Counted from the first letter of the whole stretch, positions 40,631 to 53,719 are shown. The stretch: DNA of 62,611 bases, filler included, from Choristocarpus tenellus KU-1152 (GCA_964200185.2; 13 parts of 13 records of this genome joined end to end with filler, not necessarily neighbours in it); one strand, 5' to 3'. The notes: generated by a model from the sequence alone, not told the origin. A program made the numbers and translations.

Positions 40631-42866
40631 GGGACCGATGGTTGTGTTACGACAAGCGAACATGTTTGTATTCTGAAGAATAGGAGATAATTATGGGTTA
40701 ATGAACGAGAATGCGGAAAGTCCCCTGGAACATAAAATATTGTACCAAGTAATCTGTGATTAGTGATCAACAGAATAGGATTGACTTGGTGGCAAGGATC
40801 CCCCCTTCGCGCTTGAAAGCTTACTCCTTCTCCTTACTTCATCTACAACCCATCCAACCCAATAAGGGACAAGTAATTTGTATACGTATGTGTTGGGAAA
40901 CATCAGGTTCTTCAACAAGGACAAACGGGGACAGGTGTCCACAACAAGGCCTGGCCGTACGAAAAAACTGCTGAACAAATAAAGGGTCAAAGTATCTTGG
41001 GGGGGGAGGNNNNNNNNNNNNNNNNNNNNNNNNNNNNNNNNNNNNNNNNNNNNTTAATTAATTAANNNNNNNNNNNNNNNNNNNNNNNNNNNNNNNNNNN
41101 NNNNNNNNNCGATGTGATGATGAGTTGGAATGCGCAATAAATAAATGAACACTAACAACCAGTGCAGTGCACCAATTAACAGTCAGTACAAGCTGGTAGT
41201 ATGTGTATCATATCAACAAGAAACAAATGAGTAGCCTATGTTTTAACATGCGCACTCTGTTAACATTGAAGGCCAATGGAGGGGACCATGTTGTGCTAGT
41301 GTGTGTACTTTTCCCACTCTGTGATTGTGTTTTTTGTAACCAGATTTGACGTTGCGTGGAGGAAATATGTACCACCGCGTTTCCCGTCAACCCTAATTTT
41401 GGGATTTTTTTTCTTAATTACTATCTGATGTGTGATTACATATACAACCACATACATCCACGTGCGCACACTCACGTTTGCAATTTATGACTTAGGATCT
41501 AGCACGTTGAAAGGTCCAGACTCCATTCCTGACCAGTTGGTGACGTCACCACCATCTCTCTAAGTTGCAGTAATACCAATGGCAAGTGGATAGTGCTCTG
41601 TGTGGTGGATGCACTTTATCCTCCCACAAATTTGTTCAGTATTTTAGTATGACGCACCTTGAGGTGTTCCTCATCATCCTATTCAACACCGTTGTCTGGT
41701 CCGACAACAACATTCATTTGTAGCGTACTTCCTGTAACTCCGAGTACTTACACCGTTCGGTACGCCTTATGAGCAGATACCCTCTCCTCCATATTTCTTA
41801 AGAGAAGATTTTGTCGTTGAGCGTTGCTACATTGCACCTCCCACCTGGTAGACTTGATCCCAATCCCTGAGTAATTGCCCTCTGTGTGTCTACCTGTTTG
41901 AATCGAAGATCTGACCCTTCCAAAGCAGCTACACTAGGAATCGCCTTGCCCGCAATCCAGCCAACTATTGTGTGATCCAAGCTAAGATGTAGATTCTGCA
42001 GGTCTGCTGGTGTGCTTTGTGTCTTCTGGAGACATGAAGGTATAGAAAATACAACCCTGACAATGTAGGGTGTACGATGCATCATAAATGGGTGTTTGCA
42101 ACGTTCATCTGTTGAGTATAAAGAAGGATTAGAGATGGCAAGGCATAAGGAAGTATATTGTAGAGGCTGAACGAGCAGAAGCATAGTGGACAGGCGGTAA
42201 AATATGCAACGGATGCATGTTCCTTATGGAGTATTATCTTCTTGTTGTTTTCGATAGCCTTCACCAGAGTGTTGAATCCACCGTCATCTGCAGGGCTTGA
42301 GTAAATGTTGAACCCGTGAAGTTGCACCCCCGATAGTCCTCTAACCCTGCACGTTTCTATTTCCTTACTGACGGTCTGTCTGTATAATGTGCGCGGACAG
42401 ATGCAGGAACATCTGCAGATCCCACTGATTGATGTATCATTCGCTGCCCACCAATTCACAAAACCGCCTGAAGATACAGACCCAGCAACAACAGGAAGGT
42501 TTATATTAGAAGGATAGCGAAAAAGGGTTATAGTATCCTAGCATTGGGTGTGTTTAACCTATATTATCGATGTTCATAGATAGTGCTGGTGATACACTAT
42601 ATACACCACCAGTAGAGTAGATTAGGAAAGTTCGATGGAGATATGTGTTTCCATATATTTCAATTGACCCCTACCCAAGGTTCATGTATTCTAGTGTCCT
42701 GATATTTGATTATCCGTTGAATTATCATACATGGTACATATGATAGATAGTATTCTTTCCTGATTATCCATGTCGACGTTGATAGTCCCACATGGTAGTC
42801 TCCACCTGTCTCATCCCACAAGTTCAGTAGGTGGAATTGAGATCACAAGGCCCTTCTAACATTAAT

Positions 42867-43138
42867 ATTGTATATTTACACCAAGCCGTTTATTGTCCTC
42901 CACCAAGGCACATAGCTGGGGGTCCAGCGTGGAATATTTCAACACACTATAGTGACCGACTATTACTGGGACGTTGTGCTTGAGCGACAGGGCTGGTGAG
43001 CAGTAATAATGTACAAGATGTCTGCTACCAGTACCACCAAGGTCACCTTGTAACGTTAAGATTGTATATTTACACCAAGTTATTTATTATCCTCTACCAA
43101 GGTACATAACTGGGGGTCCAGTGTGGAATATTTCAACA
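42867..43138. repeat. Direct duplication of ~78 bp (42867-42944 and 43061-43138)
   Basis: ATTGTATATTTACACCAAG…CTGGGGGTCCAG.GTGGAATATTTCAACA occurs twice. Confidence 0.85.
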
Positions 43139-43161
43139 ATCGATTCGTGGCTTGATGTATT

Positions 43162-43406
43162 GAGCCAAAGTATCTTAGAGGGTAAAGCCGCGTCCATTTG
43201 GGGGCCAAAATCCAATGTTNNNNNNNNNNATTGTGTTTGTTAGGAAGTGTCAATATCCTTGTTCAGGACACAGCTTTTCATAACATACACATTTTACCTA
43301 ATCCGAAATATTTTGGAGTGGAAAAATGTCGTAAGAACCTCAAGGGAAGCCAAGCCCCAAATGGACAAACAGGCCAAAACTCGTACCCTCTAAGATACTT
43401 CCACTC
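43162..43406 (+). mobile_element. Intact-ended MITE, Sola2-like (GAG…CTC termini, TATT target-site duplication)
   Basis: AAGTATCTTAGAGGGTA / TACCCTCTAAGATACTT inverted repeats, with TATT directly on both sides (43158-43161, 43407-43410). Contains a 10-N gap. Confidence 0.75.
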
Positions 43407-46400
43407 TATTGTGACATACCCCACCCTGATCACCATTTTTCTTACATGCTAGCTACATAGAAACGATTACGGTTTGGATTACTTGAACCACTACTGAGAG
43501 TTGATGTATCTTGATGTATTGTGGGATACCTAAGGCTGATGCCGACCTTTCTGACATATTAACGATCTCAAAAATGATTAGGATTTAGAATTTTCGAACC
43601 CCTACCGAAAGCAAATGACCTGATGTGATGGCAGTCATACCACTAGCACCGCTACAATAATAGGAAAGTATACATTACCCGACAGTATATATTTGATCAA
43701 ATTTAGTAACTCCTAAATGTGATGTTTAAGAAAGGAAGTGGATCTAGTGTGTCCTACTAAGAGTTTTGTCTTCGTGTATGATCTGTCTGTTAGCTACATA
43801 TAACCAAAGATGTCTATATCTTGGTTGGAGAACCATATTTATCACACACATATATTATGTCAAATAGAGGAAGAGGTATGGCATTGTAATACGGTATACA
43901 AACCTTACGTGCTGTGTTGAAGTATCCCACACTGGACCCGCGGCTTTGGTGCTTTGACGAAGGACAATGAACAGCTTAATGTAGATATCCAATATTAGTG
44001 TTACAAGAGGGGCTTGTGGTCTTGATTCCGCTGACTGAGAACGTGGGTAAGACCAGTGCTGATTGCCACGAGGGGCTTCCAATGTCCACATGGATAATCA
44101 GAAAATATCATAATCAGAACATATTATAATCAGAAAATATTATAATCAGAAAAGAACACTATCACTGTATCGAATATAAAACTAAGATCTACCGAAACAT
44201 TTTTCAGTCTGTACCTTTCCTCCACTACTCCACTACTCCACTGGTGGTGTTTATCTTTCCTATCTTCTCCACCGATGGTGTTAATAGCGTATCAGCAGCA
44301 CTATCTACGAACATGCCCAACCTGCTGTGTAATGTGTTTAGGGATCCACCACATCCACAAGTGCTAGCCCTTCTACTCGTAGCAACAGTGGTCTTCCACC
44401 CCTACTATGGTGCCACGGCTAAGATATGTTGCCACTTTTCAGATGGCGATTGTGTGCTTCATTCTGAACGGGCAGTTCTTGCCCATTACAGGCGATACCT
44501 GTGGAAGCGATGTCTGTGAAGTCAGTTCAACTGTGATCATTGGAACTGAATCCAGTTCGACAACTGAAACCACATACTGTTGTCCTACTGGGGCATTTGT
44601 GTCCTTGGTCCGCATGGCTAATGNNNNNNNNNNNNNNNNNNNNNNNNNNNNNNNNNNNNNNNNNNNNTTAATTAATTAANNNNNNNNNNNNNNNNNNNNN
44701 NNNNNNNNNNNNNNNNNNNNNNNCCCCCAAAAAAAAGAAGCCTGCAGTTACCCATACGTAGTATGAGCACACCTCAGGGGCTAACAGCGTCCCCTCTTTC
44801 ACACTGAGCAGTGGTGGAAGGCTTCTGGACAGGATAGTTCCCTCAGCCCCTCCTGCTCCCACACCATTAAGACCTCTGACCACACTACTTTTCTGTGCAA
44901 CACCTGTGAAATTCCGGGAAGCAACGGATAAGGATAGAGAAGCGGTGGTCGAAATAGCAAGAGGACATATGATAGTTGAGCCCGAGAGCTCAGCAATTAT
45001 GGTGATCGGGAGCTGATTTCTGTAACTTACCAGTTCCTCGCCGATGTATGCTGGGGACCAAAGGGGTTTGAGTCAATACACTCTTCTTCGTAGGCGGGGG
45101 GAAACGAACGACTGCGCGAGAAAACAATCAATGTGTGTTGAGGTGTTCTTGCGAACAATTCCACGACCTGGGTATGCAGGACAGTGAGATTAGGCAAAGG
45201 CCTCTTTATCTCACTGTCTCCCTTACATGGTGACTGTGTTATTCGAAGGTCGAATCAGGCGACGATGTGTGGTGCATTGTTCACCGCTCAATGCTTCTCA
45301 CACTAGTCAAAGTGGGGAATACCTACGGACGTGTACCATGAAGGTGCAGATTCATGCAGCAAAGGTTTTGACCCTTCTGTGAGGGAGAGGGATTAGTAAA
45401 AACCTGTTCTGCTGTGACAAGTCGCGGAGAAGGAGGGAAAGGCCTCAACTTCCTCTGCTGGTAGTAAGCGCTCCGCAAGCACTAGATACCGTGCTGCAAC
45501 CCTTAAGCAAATACATTAGAGGACACGCAAAGTATTCCTTTGCAAAGGCAATACTCCAATCATCATTGAGTAGTCGAGTGGTAGTTGATCCCCATATAAA
45601 TAATAACCAACAATTTGAAGCACTGAGGAAGCCGTTGCGGGAAAAAGGGGATAAATGGAGAGATCAGCAGCCTGCAAATGACTAGGGATAAGCGGGATTG
45701 GATTTGAAGCTAGCGCACCTCGACGGGATCTACGTGGCCTGCCCTTGTCCATATCCTCATCATCTTGCTGCCAGTCACTCTCACCGCTCCCCCCCTCCCA
45801 ATATAACGCCCCACGGTCTGCCAGGTCAGCCTCAGCCTTTTCAATAAGTCGTCGTTTCCGCGTCTTCATCACTGAAGTAATTCCTTTCAGAGAGGGGCAT
45901 GAGAGTGTCAGTGTGAAGGACATGTCAGAACAGACTTTTTTGGTACAATTTCTGATTTCCCTGTGGGTGAAGAAACGTCCTCTGGAATATCATTGGACAT
46001 GACCATACATCGATGGGCGTGGATGTCAGGAAAGTATAACTAGGTTGGATAATCAGAATGGCAGTATAAGGGGTGAAGGTACTGTGCAATGGGAATACAA
46101 CATCTTTGTATGGGGCACTACAAGAAGCACCAGGTATGGTCAACTCACGATTGGTAGACTCATTTCGTGAGTTCGAAGTCTTCATCAATAAGCAGAGATG
46201 TGGGTTTGAGATCACGTTCAAGGACCTTGACCAGGTTTGATTCCTTGTATTCCGTTAGTAGAAGGTAATTGCTAACTTTCGATACGCCCCAACATCATCA
46301 CTGTCTCCTATCCATCATAAGAACGTTATGCATGTTAAAAGAGAAAATACTGAAATACTGACTGAGATATTCTGAATGAGATACTCTGACTGTTATACTG

Positions 46401-46683
46401 ACTGTTATACTGACTGTTATACTGATAATGAATACAAATATTTCACAATTCAAATTTGATTTGGGAGGGAGGGTAGTTTGGAATCGTTGCTATTAGATTT
46501 GAGGAGGAATTGACAAATTGATTATCTACCCCAGGCTCCTAGTTTCCACTTTTGTACGGCATAGTAGTCGTCTGGATCAGTCCTTGTCCTAATCTAGCTG
46601 GAAAATCGCTCGGTGGGCTGCCTATCGTGTGCGCTTCAACGCACCATTGCCTCATTTGAGTACCTCAGTCTATTGAGGGGAAT

Positions 46684-49600
46684 ATGGCACCGCCTGAGAG
46701 TGTGACACTAGTGACTGGACCTGGGGCTGGACTGTGCGATCTTGAAGTTGCAAGGATCGGTGAAGAATGGAGAACACTTCTAGGCGGTGTGACCGGCCTG
46801 GTGGAGGTATGCATGACTTTCCGACAACAGTTACTGAGGCCTCCTATTTCTTTGTAGACCTCACATGGTTGCTATCATTTCACCCCCAATATTCATACTT
46901 CAAGTGCCCTTTCCTGGTTTGAGAGGTACAGATCAGTACATCGCGATGAGCATGGCCAATTATCTCTCAGCTGATGCGGGACATGCCCTGTAGGAATACA
47001 GTGGCCTCATGATAGAAACCACGAACTCCTTGTGGCACTAGTCAAAGAGTTTCGTGGACAGGTGCTCTTAGTGTCACTGCTGTGTCACGAAGGATTAGGA
47101 ATACGTAAGGGACAATCTGAACAAGGACACTGCTAACACTAACCGTCCATTCAAGCTCATGACCGTGGGCTTTGATAGGCAAGCCTGATCATGGTCTAAG
47201 AGACTCCCCAGACTTGGTTGTACCGCAGGCTTCAATGTAGACATTCGACTGTACGAACACAACGGGCCACCTTCATATATCCCTACTAACCTTGCCCACC
47301 CTATTGTGCTCTGCAGAACACTGTTCGGCTTGCTAATTGATCATACTGGACCCTAGTCCTAAACATCCCCACAACCTGTATCCTGTATCGTGCTGTGTAC
47401 CAGATGTACAACCCCTCGGACACCAACCAGAGTATAGGCAACAAGATTGATCTGGAGGTAGACGTAACCGCCCTGGCGGTTTCCCCAGACAACTGCGAGG
47501 TTGCTGTGGGCCTTGACGACGGGTACGTCAAGCTGTACGAGCTTCCCGCAATGGAATTCAAGTCAAACCTCACCCGCTTTACTGCACGAGTCCTGGGCCT
47601 GGAATATAACTGCTCTGGCAGATTGATGTGAGTGGGTGTGGTGAGGACAGGGTTGCAGGGATTTTATTTGAGCAACTGATCAGGGTGAAGGAAGATCTAT
47701 GTGGACTGGAGAGTGGAAGGGCATGCATGCCTTTTGTTTCTCCAACACTTGGCTTCTTCTGTTGTGGAAAGATATTTTTCTTTCTTTTACGTTTTGGCAT
47801 CTGTCTACCTCCGTTCGAACATGTTTTTTTTTTCACTATTGTTTCCCTTTTTTTTTTTTTAAAGCAACTAAAAATTCGAATGACATGAATTATTTCTTCT
47901 CATACAACATCCCATACCCCTCAGTCTCCGCAGGAACCAGTTGGTGCTTGTTACGTAAGTTAAGATCATCTGTTACGTCCCTGACCCAATTGTGGTTACA
48001 GTCGTGAGACTAGTGGTTGTGCTTCATGGTGTGTTTTCCAGGAACAATAACTTTGTGGCACAACACTTCCTTCTATTTTTTGAAGGAGAATGAAGCCCTG
48101 AGGAGTTGACAAAAACCGCCTGCCTGACATGCCAATACGCAGAGTTGTGTAAGCATTTGTATATGCATGCATGTATTTTCCTACTCTTATGTGCCTAGAT
48201 TTATAATTTGGTTTATAACAATGTACAGTTTTTTTCTATTTCATTCTTGTGTTTTTTTTGTCTGGAAGATGATGGGTAAGAGAGTTTTATGAAAATGAGT
48301 AGGAAAGGGGAAAGGGAGGTTGTATGTGACCCTAACCTAACCTTCAGGTAGTCCTTGTATGTTGTCTCCCCGGATGGGGGTAAAGGATTTGGTCAGGTGA
48401 CAGGAAGGGTCTTGAGGATGGGAGGCAATGCGCCATTTGATGAGAATCCTCCTTCCACAATGAAAAGATGCATCTTGCATGTGTAGGGAAGTGCATGAGA
48501 TTCTGCAGGCGTTTGGTTTCTTTTTGTTTCTCCTTCCAAAATTTCTTCCACCCAACATCAATAGACCCACTTAACTCTTCCTACCTCTTTTGCAGTTTTC
48601 AGTTAAAACGTAGCCCTAACCCTAACCCTTTCTTAAAAAATAAATAAATGAGTACTTGCCGGGGATGCGGACCATCCACCCACAAGGCCAATCAGAAACA
48701 ATTATTTTGGGGTTGATAAGTATGGTGCAATAAGAAATGGGAGTGGGACAGGGGTTCAGAACTATCAAGATCTTGAATCAAAACTTCCTCGCTCCATGCC
48801 CCCATCGTCTTGAAGCAAAATTTATTCTCACCCCTCTCCCCATTGTGGCCCCCTTCATTCCTAGATGTATTTTTTTTAGGCATTATCCAATGCAATTCCT
48901 CTTTCTAACTTGTTCTCGAAGTTCCTCTATGACACATCAGAAGACAGGTTTTATGATCGTGTAGATCTAAATAACTGAGCGCGATACTGTGGTAGGCCCC
49001 ATTGTGGTAGCCCCCTTGAAATCTTTCTGTGTTGCGTTTCGTGTGTATAGTGAGTGAGATGTAGTAGTAGGTGTAACCTATCTACGGGTCAAATCTTGTT
49101 CACAATTTTCTATCTCCTGTGTTGTACTAAAAAAAACAAGAAAAAATGAGGTAAATTACATGTATTGAACGTCACAATGTTCCACTATTCTCAAGTATGT
49201 ACGTATATGCATTCTCTAACTACCTGCCAGTCTCATGTAGATACACAATAAAGGCATCAATCAACTGCCATTGCTTTTAGAGGACAAGCAAGATGCTTCC
49301 TTTTCGTTCTAGATAGGTTCTTCCAAGGCCGATAAAAAAAATCATAATGCTTTCTACTTCAATCTCTAGCCTGTGGTTATTCCAACAGCAATCTTTTCGA
49401 CACATAACGTCCCCTGTATTGAACTCTGTTTCTCCACTACTCCCCAGCCTACCAGTGACAGCATCATTGTTAGCTCTTCCCTCGGAGCAGCCATTGCTCC
49501 CCCTGACCAACACTGGACTGCCTCCTGTAGACCCAACCACAACTCCCATTACGTCCCCAACTGCACTGAGTTTCATTGTTTGAGTGGTTGAAGTATTAAA

Positions 49601-49887
49601 TTTAAAGGATTTTTGTGCATATGCTTCTGCCCCCAATTTTACAATGTCATTTCTATTGCTATGCCTGCTTGCCTGCTTGCCTGCTTGCCTGCTTGCCTGC
49701 TTGCCTGCTTGCCTGCTTGCCTGCTTGCCTGCTTGCCTGCTTGCTGACAGAGCGGCGTGTGGGGAGGAGCCTGGGGTACGTGTCCTTCGTAGAAGCAACA
49801 TTCAGAGCATGGTCACTCTTGATGAACACGATGGCGGGGTCAAAAGCCTCGCCTGGGACCCAAACGGAGAGTTCCTGGCAACCTCTG
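46684..49887 (+). CDS. WDHD1: WD repeat and HMG-box DNA-binding protein 1 (AND-1/Ctf4/Mcl1), 5' exons 46684..46806, 47404..47627, 49751..49887
   Basis: VKLYELPAMEFKSNLTRFTARVLGLEYNCSGRLIAACGEE…EHDGGVKSLAWDPNGEFLATSG matches the N-terminal WD40 of AND-1/Ctf4 (LTRFT motif). Introns are phase-consistent GT-AG. Confidence 0.85.
49662..49743. repeat. (GCCTGCTT)n octamer microsatellite abutting a 3' splice site
   Basis: About 10 units immediately before GCTGACAG at 49743-49750. Confidence 0.92.
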
Positions 49888-51646
49888 GTGAGACAGGAGA
49901 GGACTGAGTAATACAGTTGCAGCAGTAGTAATAGTGCTAATGTAAGGTGCAGTGATAGTAAGACCAGTTCGATGACGGTATATTAGGGTTCAACAGGGTT
50001 AAGAGGAGAGGTTGCAAGGCTTGATGCGTCATAGATAAGCACAAAGTGTGTGTATTTTGTGTTGGTTGTTTTCTATTTTATTAATTTGTGCCATTCCCCT
50101 CCCCCGTTCATCGAAGAAGCAGTTGCTACCATTGCTAGTTTGAATTTTGGCATGACTCGAGTATTGGGGGGGGTGGGGGGAGGTGGGAGGTAAGACACCA
50201 TGAAGGTCTTTTCTCATTCATTTGTCATCATCTCTTGAGATAGTGTCCATTGCTGCCTGACTGAAGAGGGGGGAGGAGGGGGGGGGGGGGTTCTAGCAAG
50301 GGAAGGCAGTGTCCATCCCCTAATTTCCAATTTCAATTTCAATTTCTATGCATTTGNNNNNNNNNNNNNNNNNNNNNNNNNNNNNNNNNNNNNNNNNNNN
50401 TTAATTAATTAANNNNNNNNNNNNNNNNNNNNNNNNNNNNNNNNNNNNNNNNNNNNCCCCCATGCGCCTCTGGCCTCCCCCTCCAGGGTCCAAGTTGGCA
50501 GCCTCGACATGATTGTTCTTCACAAGCTGTTTCAACTCTTGCTCATTGTTGCGGTGGAGTGTAGCATGGTTCCCCAGGAAGAAATTTCCGAGAGTATTCC
50601 AGGAAAGAAAAATTCAGAGGCGGTTTCCAGTTAGATTCAGGAGAGGACACAAGGGAGCGGAGGAAGCACAGCAGTTTCTCAGTACATAAAAAAGAGTGTC
50701 AATAATCTGTGCACATAACTCTTGCATATAGATCACACAGATCACAAAATACGATGCAAATGAAACTCCCATCCTTCCTTGGGGGTGGGGGTGTTACAAG
50801 TATTTATGCGTATTAATGATCACATTAATTATCACCTAGGTATCGAGAATAACCAGGGGTCATTAACTGACACCAGGCAAGGTAGCCCCTCAACAAGGCT
50901 CCAAACCTTTCTGTCTCCGATGAGTCTGCCATCCCCTCTAGGACCTTTTATCAAAACATACACAAAGGGGAGGGAGAAAAGGAGTTGTGTGTGTGGGGGG
51001 TGGGGTGGGGAGTTGTAAGACAGAATTTCTGGCTGTGAACAAGGAAATCAATAGCATATTGAGCCTACAGATTACAATAAAAAAATACCCCACCACACCA
51101 CTTCTCAAACAGCACAACACACACAACACAGCCAACACTACTACTACTCCACTTTTCGTGTTGATCACGATGAAGTGTAATCCAATAGTTTAGTTTAACT
51201 CCTTTTTCATGCTGACAGTGAAACCTCATGATCAAGATGAACAGAGCAACACCATTTCATTGAACAGACAGGGCCCTAACCCTAACCCTAACTATTTCCA
51301 CCTACCGGAAGAAACGAAAAGTCCCCTCTAATGCTTCCTACCGCCATACAATAGCCATGGACAAGTAATTCAACAAATACCAACAGCATACTAAATAATC
51401 AATTAATCAATCAATAAATCAATCATACCGTACCATACTGTATTGATGACTAAACTGCAAAACCACTATCCAACACTCCTCCTCTCCTACACTGTAATAG
51501 AAACAACAGACTCAACCAACCTCACTACACTACACTACACTACACAAACACCCAGACCTAACCCACCCCTCCCCCCTCGAACCAACAACCCAAAAACCAT
51601 ATACCATCAACAGTACAGCAACACAAACAGTTTAACCATCTATTAA

Positions 51647-51760
51647 CCTCAAGGGCAGAGTCCAGTCCTGTCCACAGTGAAGTGAAGTCACGCGACCCTA
51701 ATCTCTCCAGAATGACTGCAACGGGGTTCTCCGAAGGACCGGGGGGGTTCTCAAGGGTCC
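51647..51760 (-). CDS. Probable internal exon of an unidentified minus-strand gene (further candidate exons near 50870-50937 and 50457-50590)
   Basis: CCAG acceptor … TLENPPGPSENPVAVILERLGSRDFTSLWTGLDSALE|GT donor. GC-richer than its flanks. No recognisable domain. Confidence 0.45.
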
Positions 51761-52097
51761 TGGAAGGCGAGGTGTGGTGCAAAAGGAGTGTGGAGGTTAC
51801 ATGTAGAACATCATGGTATCACATTATTGAAGACTAACAGAAGATACACCCTAACCCTAACCCTCACTCCGTCTAACAAAAATAAAATAATAAAAAAATC
51901 TGGAGAACAAAAATATTAAAAAAAAGAAGACTCTCTTCGACTCCTACGGTGACTCTTCAATACTGGGAGCAGGGGGACCAGCCCTAACCCTGTGAATAAA
52001 AAATAATATTAATACACTAAATGAGTTTGTACTTGAGAATAGTAGCAAACACCCCCCCCCCCTCCTAAAAAGAAAGATGAGTAAATCAACAATGCCC

Positions 52098-52144
<47 letters not shown>

Positions 52145-52311
52145 GTGTCAGTGTGACAGAATGAGGTAAGCCTTCGATGGTACAAGCTAAACCTATCACA
52201 ATGTCGCNNNNNNNNNNAATATTAATACATAAAATGTGTTTGTTCTTGAAAATAGTAGCAAACCCCCCCCCCCCCCTCCTAAAAAAAAAGATGAGTAAAT
52301 CAACAATGCCC

Positions 52312-52344
<33 letters not shown>

Positions 52345-52649
52345 GTGTCAGTTTGACAGAATGAGGTAAGCCTTCGATGGTACAAGCTAAACCTATCACA
52401 ATGTCGCCTGCTTCCCATCCCATCCAATCAACCAACTGCAATCAACGCATCTAGAAACCAAGTCGCCTCATTACTAATTACCCTCACCTAATCAACACAA
52501 CCATCACAGTACTCAATACCCTAACCCTCAAAAGTCTCTTACCATAACAAAACCCCAACACAACTAGGATATTGCACCACAAAGAAAAAGTATTTCATGA
52601 GTGTATGTATGTATGTATATATATGTTATACATAAAATGAATAAAATAC

Positions 52650-53719
52650 GTGTGCTCAGCGTGTTAACTGTGTCTGCATCGCTGACAAATCTCTCAGCCT
52701 ACAGAGCGTATATCAAAAAGGGATCTCCACTACATAAATATATAGGAATCACCCCTTTTGCATCCTGGCACTGTACTCTATACACCATAATCTATATACA
52801 TTTTCTTATTAAAAAAACAAAAGAGATAAAACTATCAAAATCCAGTATACACTAACGACATTAAAAACAAGTACAAAAATCAAGAAAATTCGATCTGAAG
52901 AGCAGTATAGAGTCACTAGAACAGATTAATAAAAAATTATCACAGAGAAAGTGGGTATAACAGCCAGTAAGTGTGCTCAGCGTAGAGATAGTGTCTGCAT
53001 CGCTGAAATAAATGTTCTGCCTGCAGAGCGTATATTATAAAGGATTACCGCCTGTATCACATACAAGGAAACCCTCATCGCATCCTAGCACACTCCGTCC
53101 AACATCACTTTCACTTGAAAAAAAAAGATTCAACTGACTTGAATAAATAAATAAACACAGGAACATATATATAGATAAATAAATACATTTATTATTATTT
53201 TGACTTCCTACCCACCCAAGTCACAAGAAAACCACGATAAGTGTGCTCAGCGTAGAGATAGTGTCTGCATCGCTGAAATAAATGTTCCGCCTGCAGAGCG
53301 TATATTAAGAAAAGATCGCCTTCCATATAGAAAGGAAACCTTTCATCGCATCCCTGCACACACCACACCACATCACATTATTTTTTTTGCTTTTTAGACA
53401 ACTGGACACGTAATACTTTAATTTTTTTATTTTATCACCTCACCGGTTCTTTAAATATTTTTTGATGTTTTATTATTCTATTTTTCAGAGGGTATTATTA
53501 CACAATCAATAACAAAACACTCTAACAGTACAAAAAAGTCCCAAGAATGGATCAATTAAAGACCATCGCAAGAGGGTGGGTATAACAGCCAGTAAGTGTG
53601 CTCAGCGTAGAGATAGTGTCTGCATCGCTGAAATAAATGTTCCGCCTGCAGAGCGTATATTATAAAGGATTACCGCCTGTATCACATACAAGGAAACCCT
53701 CATCGCATCCTAGCACACT
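52650..53719 (-). ncRNA. Tandem cluster of four ~125-nt box C/D-like structured RNAs (52650-52772, 52970-53094, 53240-53361, 53595-53719)
   Basis: Minus strand reads (A)GTGTGC…GCACAC(T) terminal stem, RGGATGC box-C-like motif, terminal CTGA box D, two internal hairpins and a conserved TAATATACGCT antisense to 18S rRNA AGCGUAUAUUA. No reading frame stays open across copies. Confidence 0.65.

Noticed and set aside
41500-46250. Coding-like decayed stretches on the minus strand (41500-42480, 44730-46250)
   Set aside because: They are probably old transposon remnants, but I could not recognise a diagnostic motif, so no call is made.
49277-49911. Long ORFs with QAGKQASR / LLACLPAC repeats, and similar low-complexity ORFs at 33715-34020, 58431-58718 and 61556-62002
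   Set aside because: They arise from microsatellites or T-rich tracts lacking stop codons; only the WDHD1 exon portion is credible.
50560-50640. LNLTGNRL followed by in-frame TGA on the minus strand (possible LRR or selenocysteine readthrough)
   Set aside because: It is a single short motif with no clear acceptor and no SECIS evidence; the match is likely chance.
52000-52407. Near-identical ~200-bp duplication with (TG)n on either side of a 10-N gap
   Set aside because: This is a typical unresolved scaffold overlap at a microsatellite and probably an assembly artefact.
52970-53719. Repeat units as hairpin or hammerhead ribozymes, or as shuffled coding exons
   Set aside because: GTATATTA resembles hairpin-ribozyme loop B, but the partner AGAAACA and loop A are absent. 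There is no CUGANGA/GAAA core. The frames checked in copies 2 and 4 contain stops, and there are no consistent splice sites.
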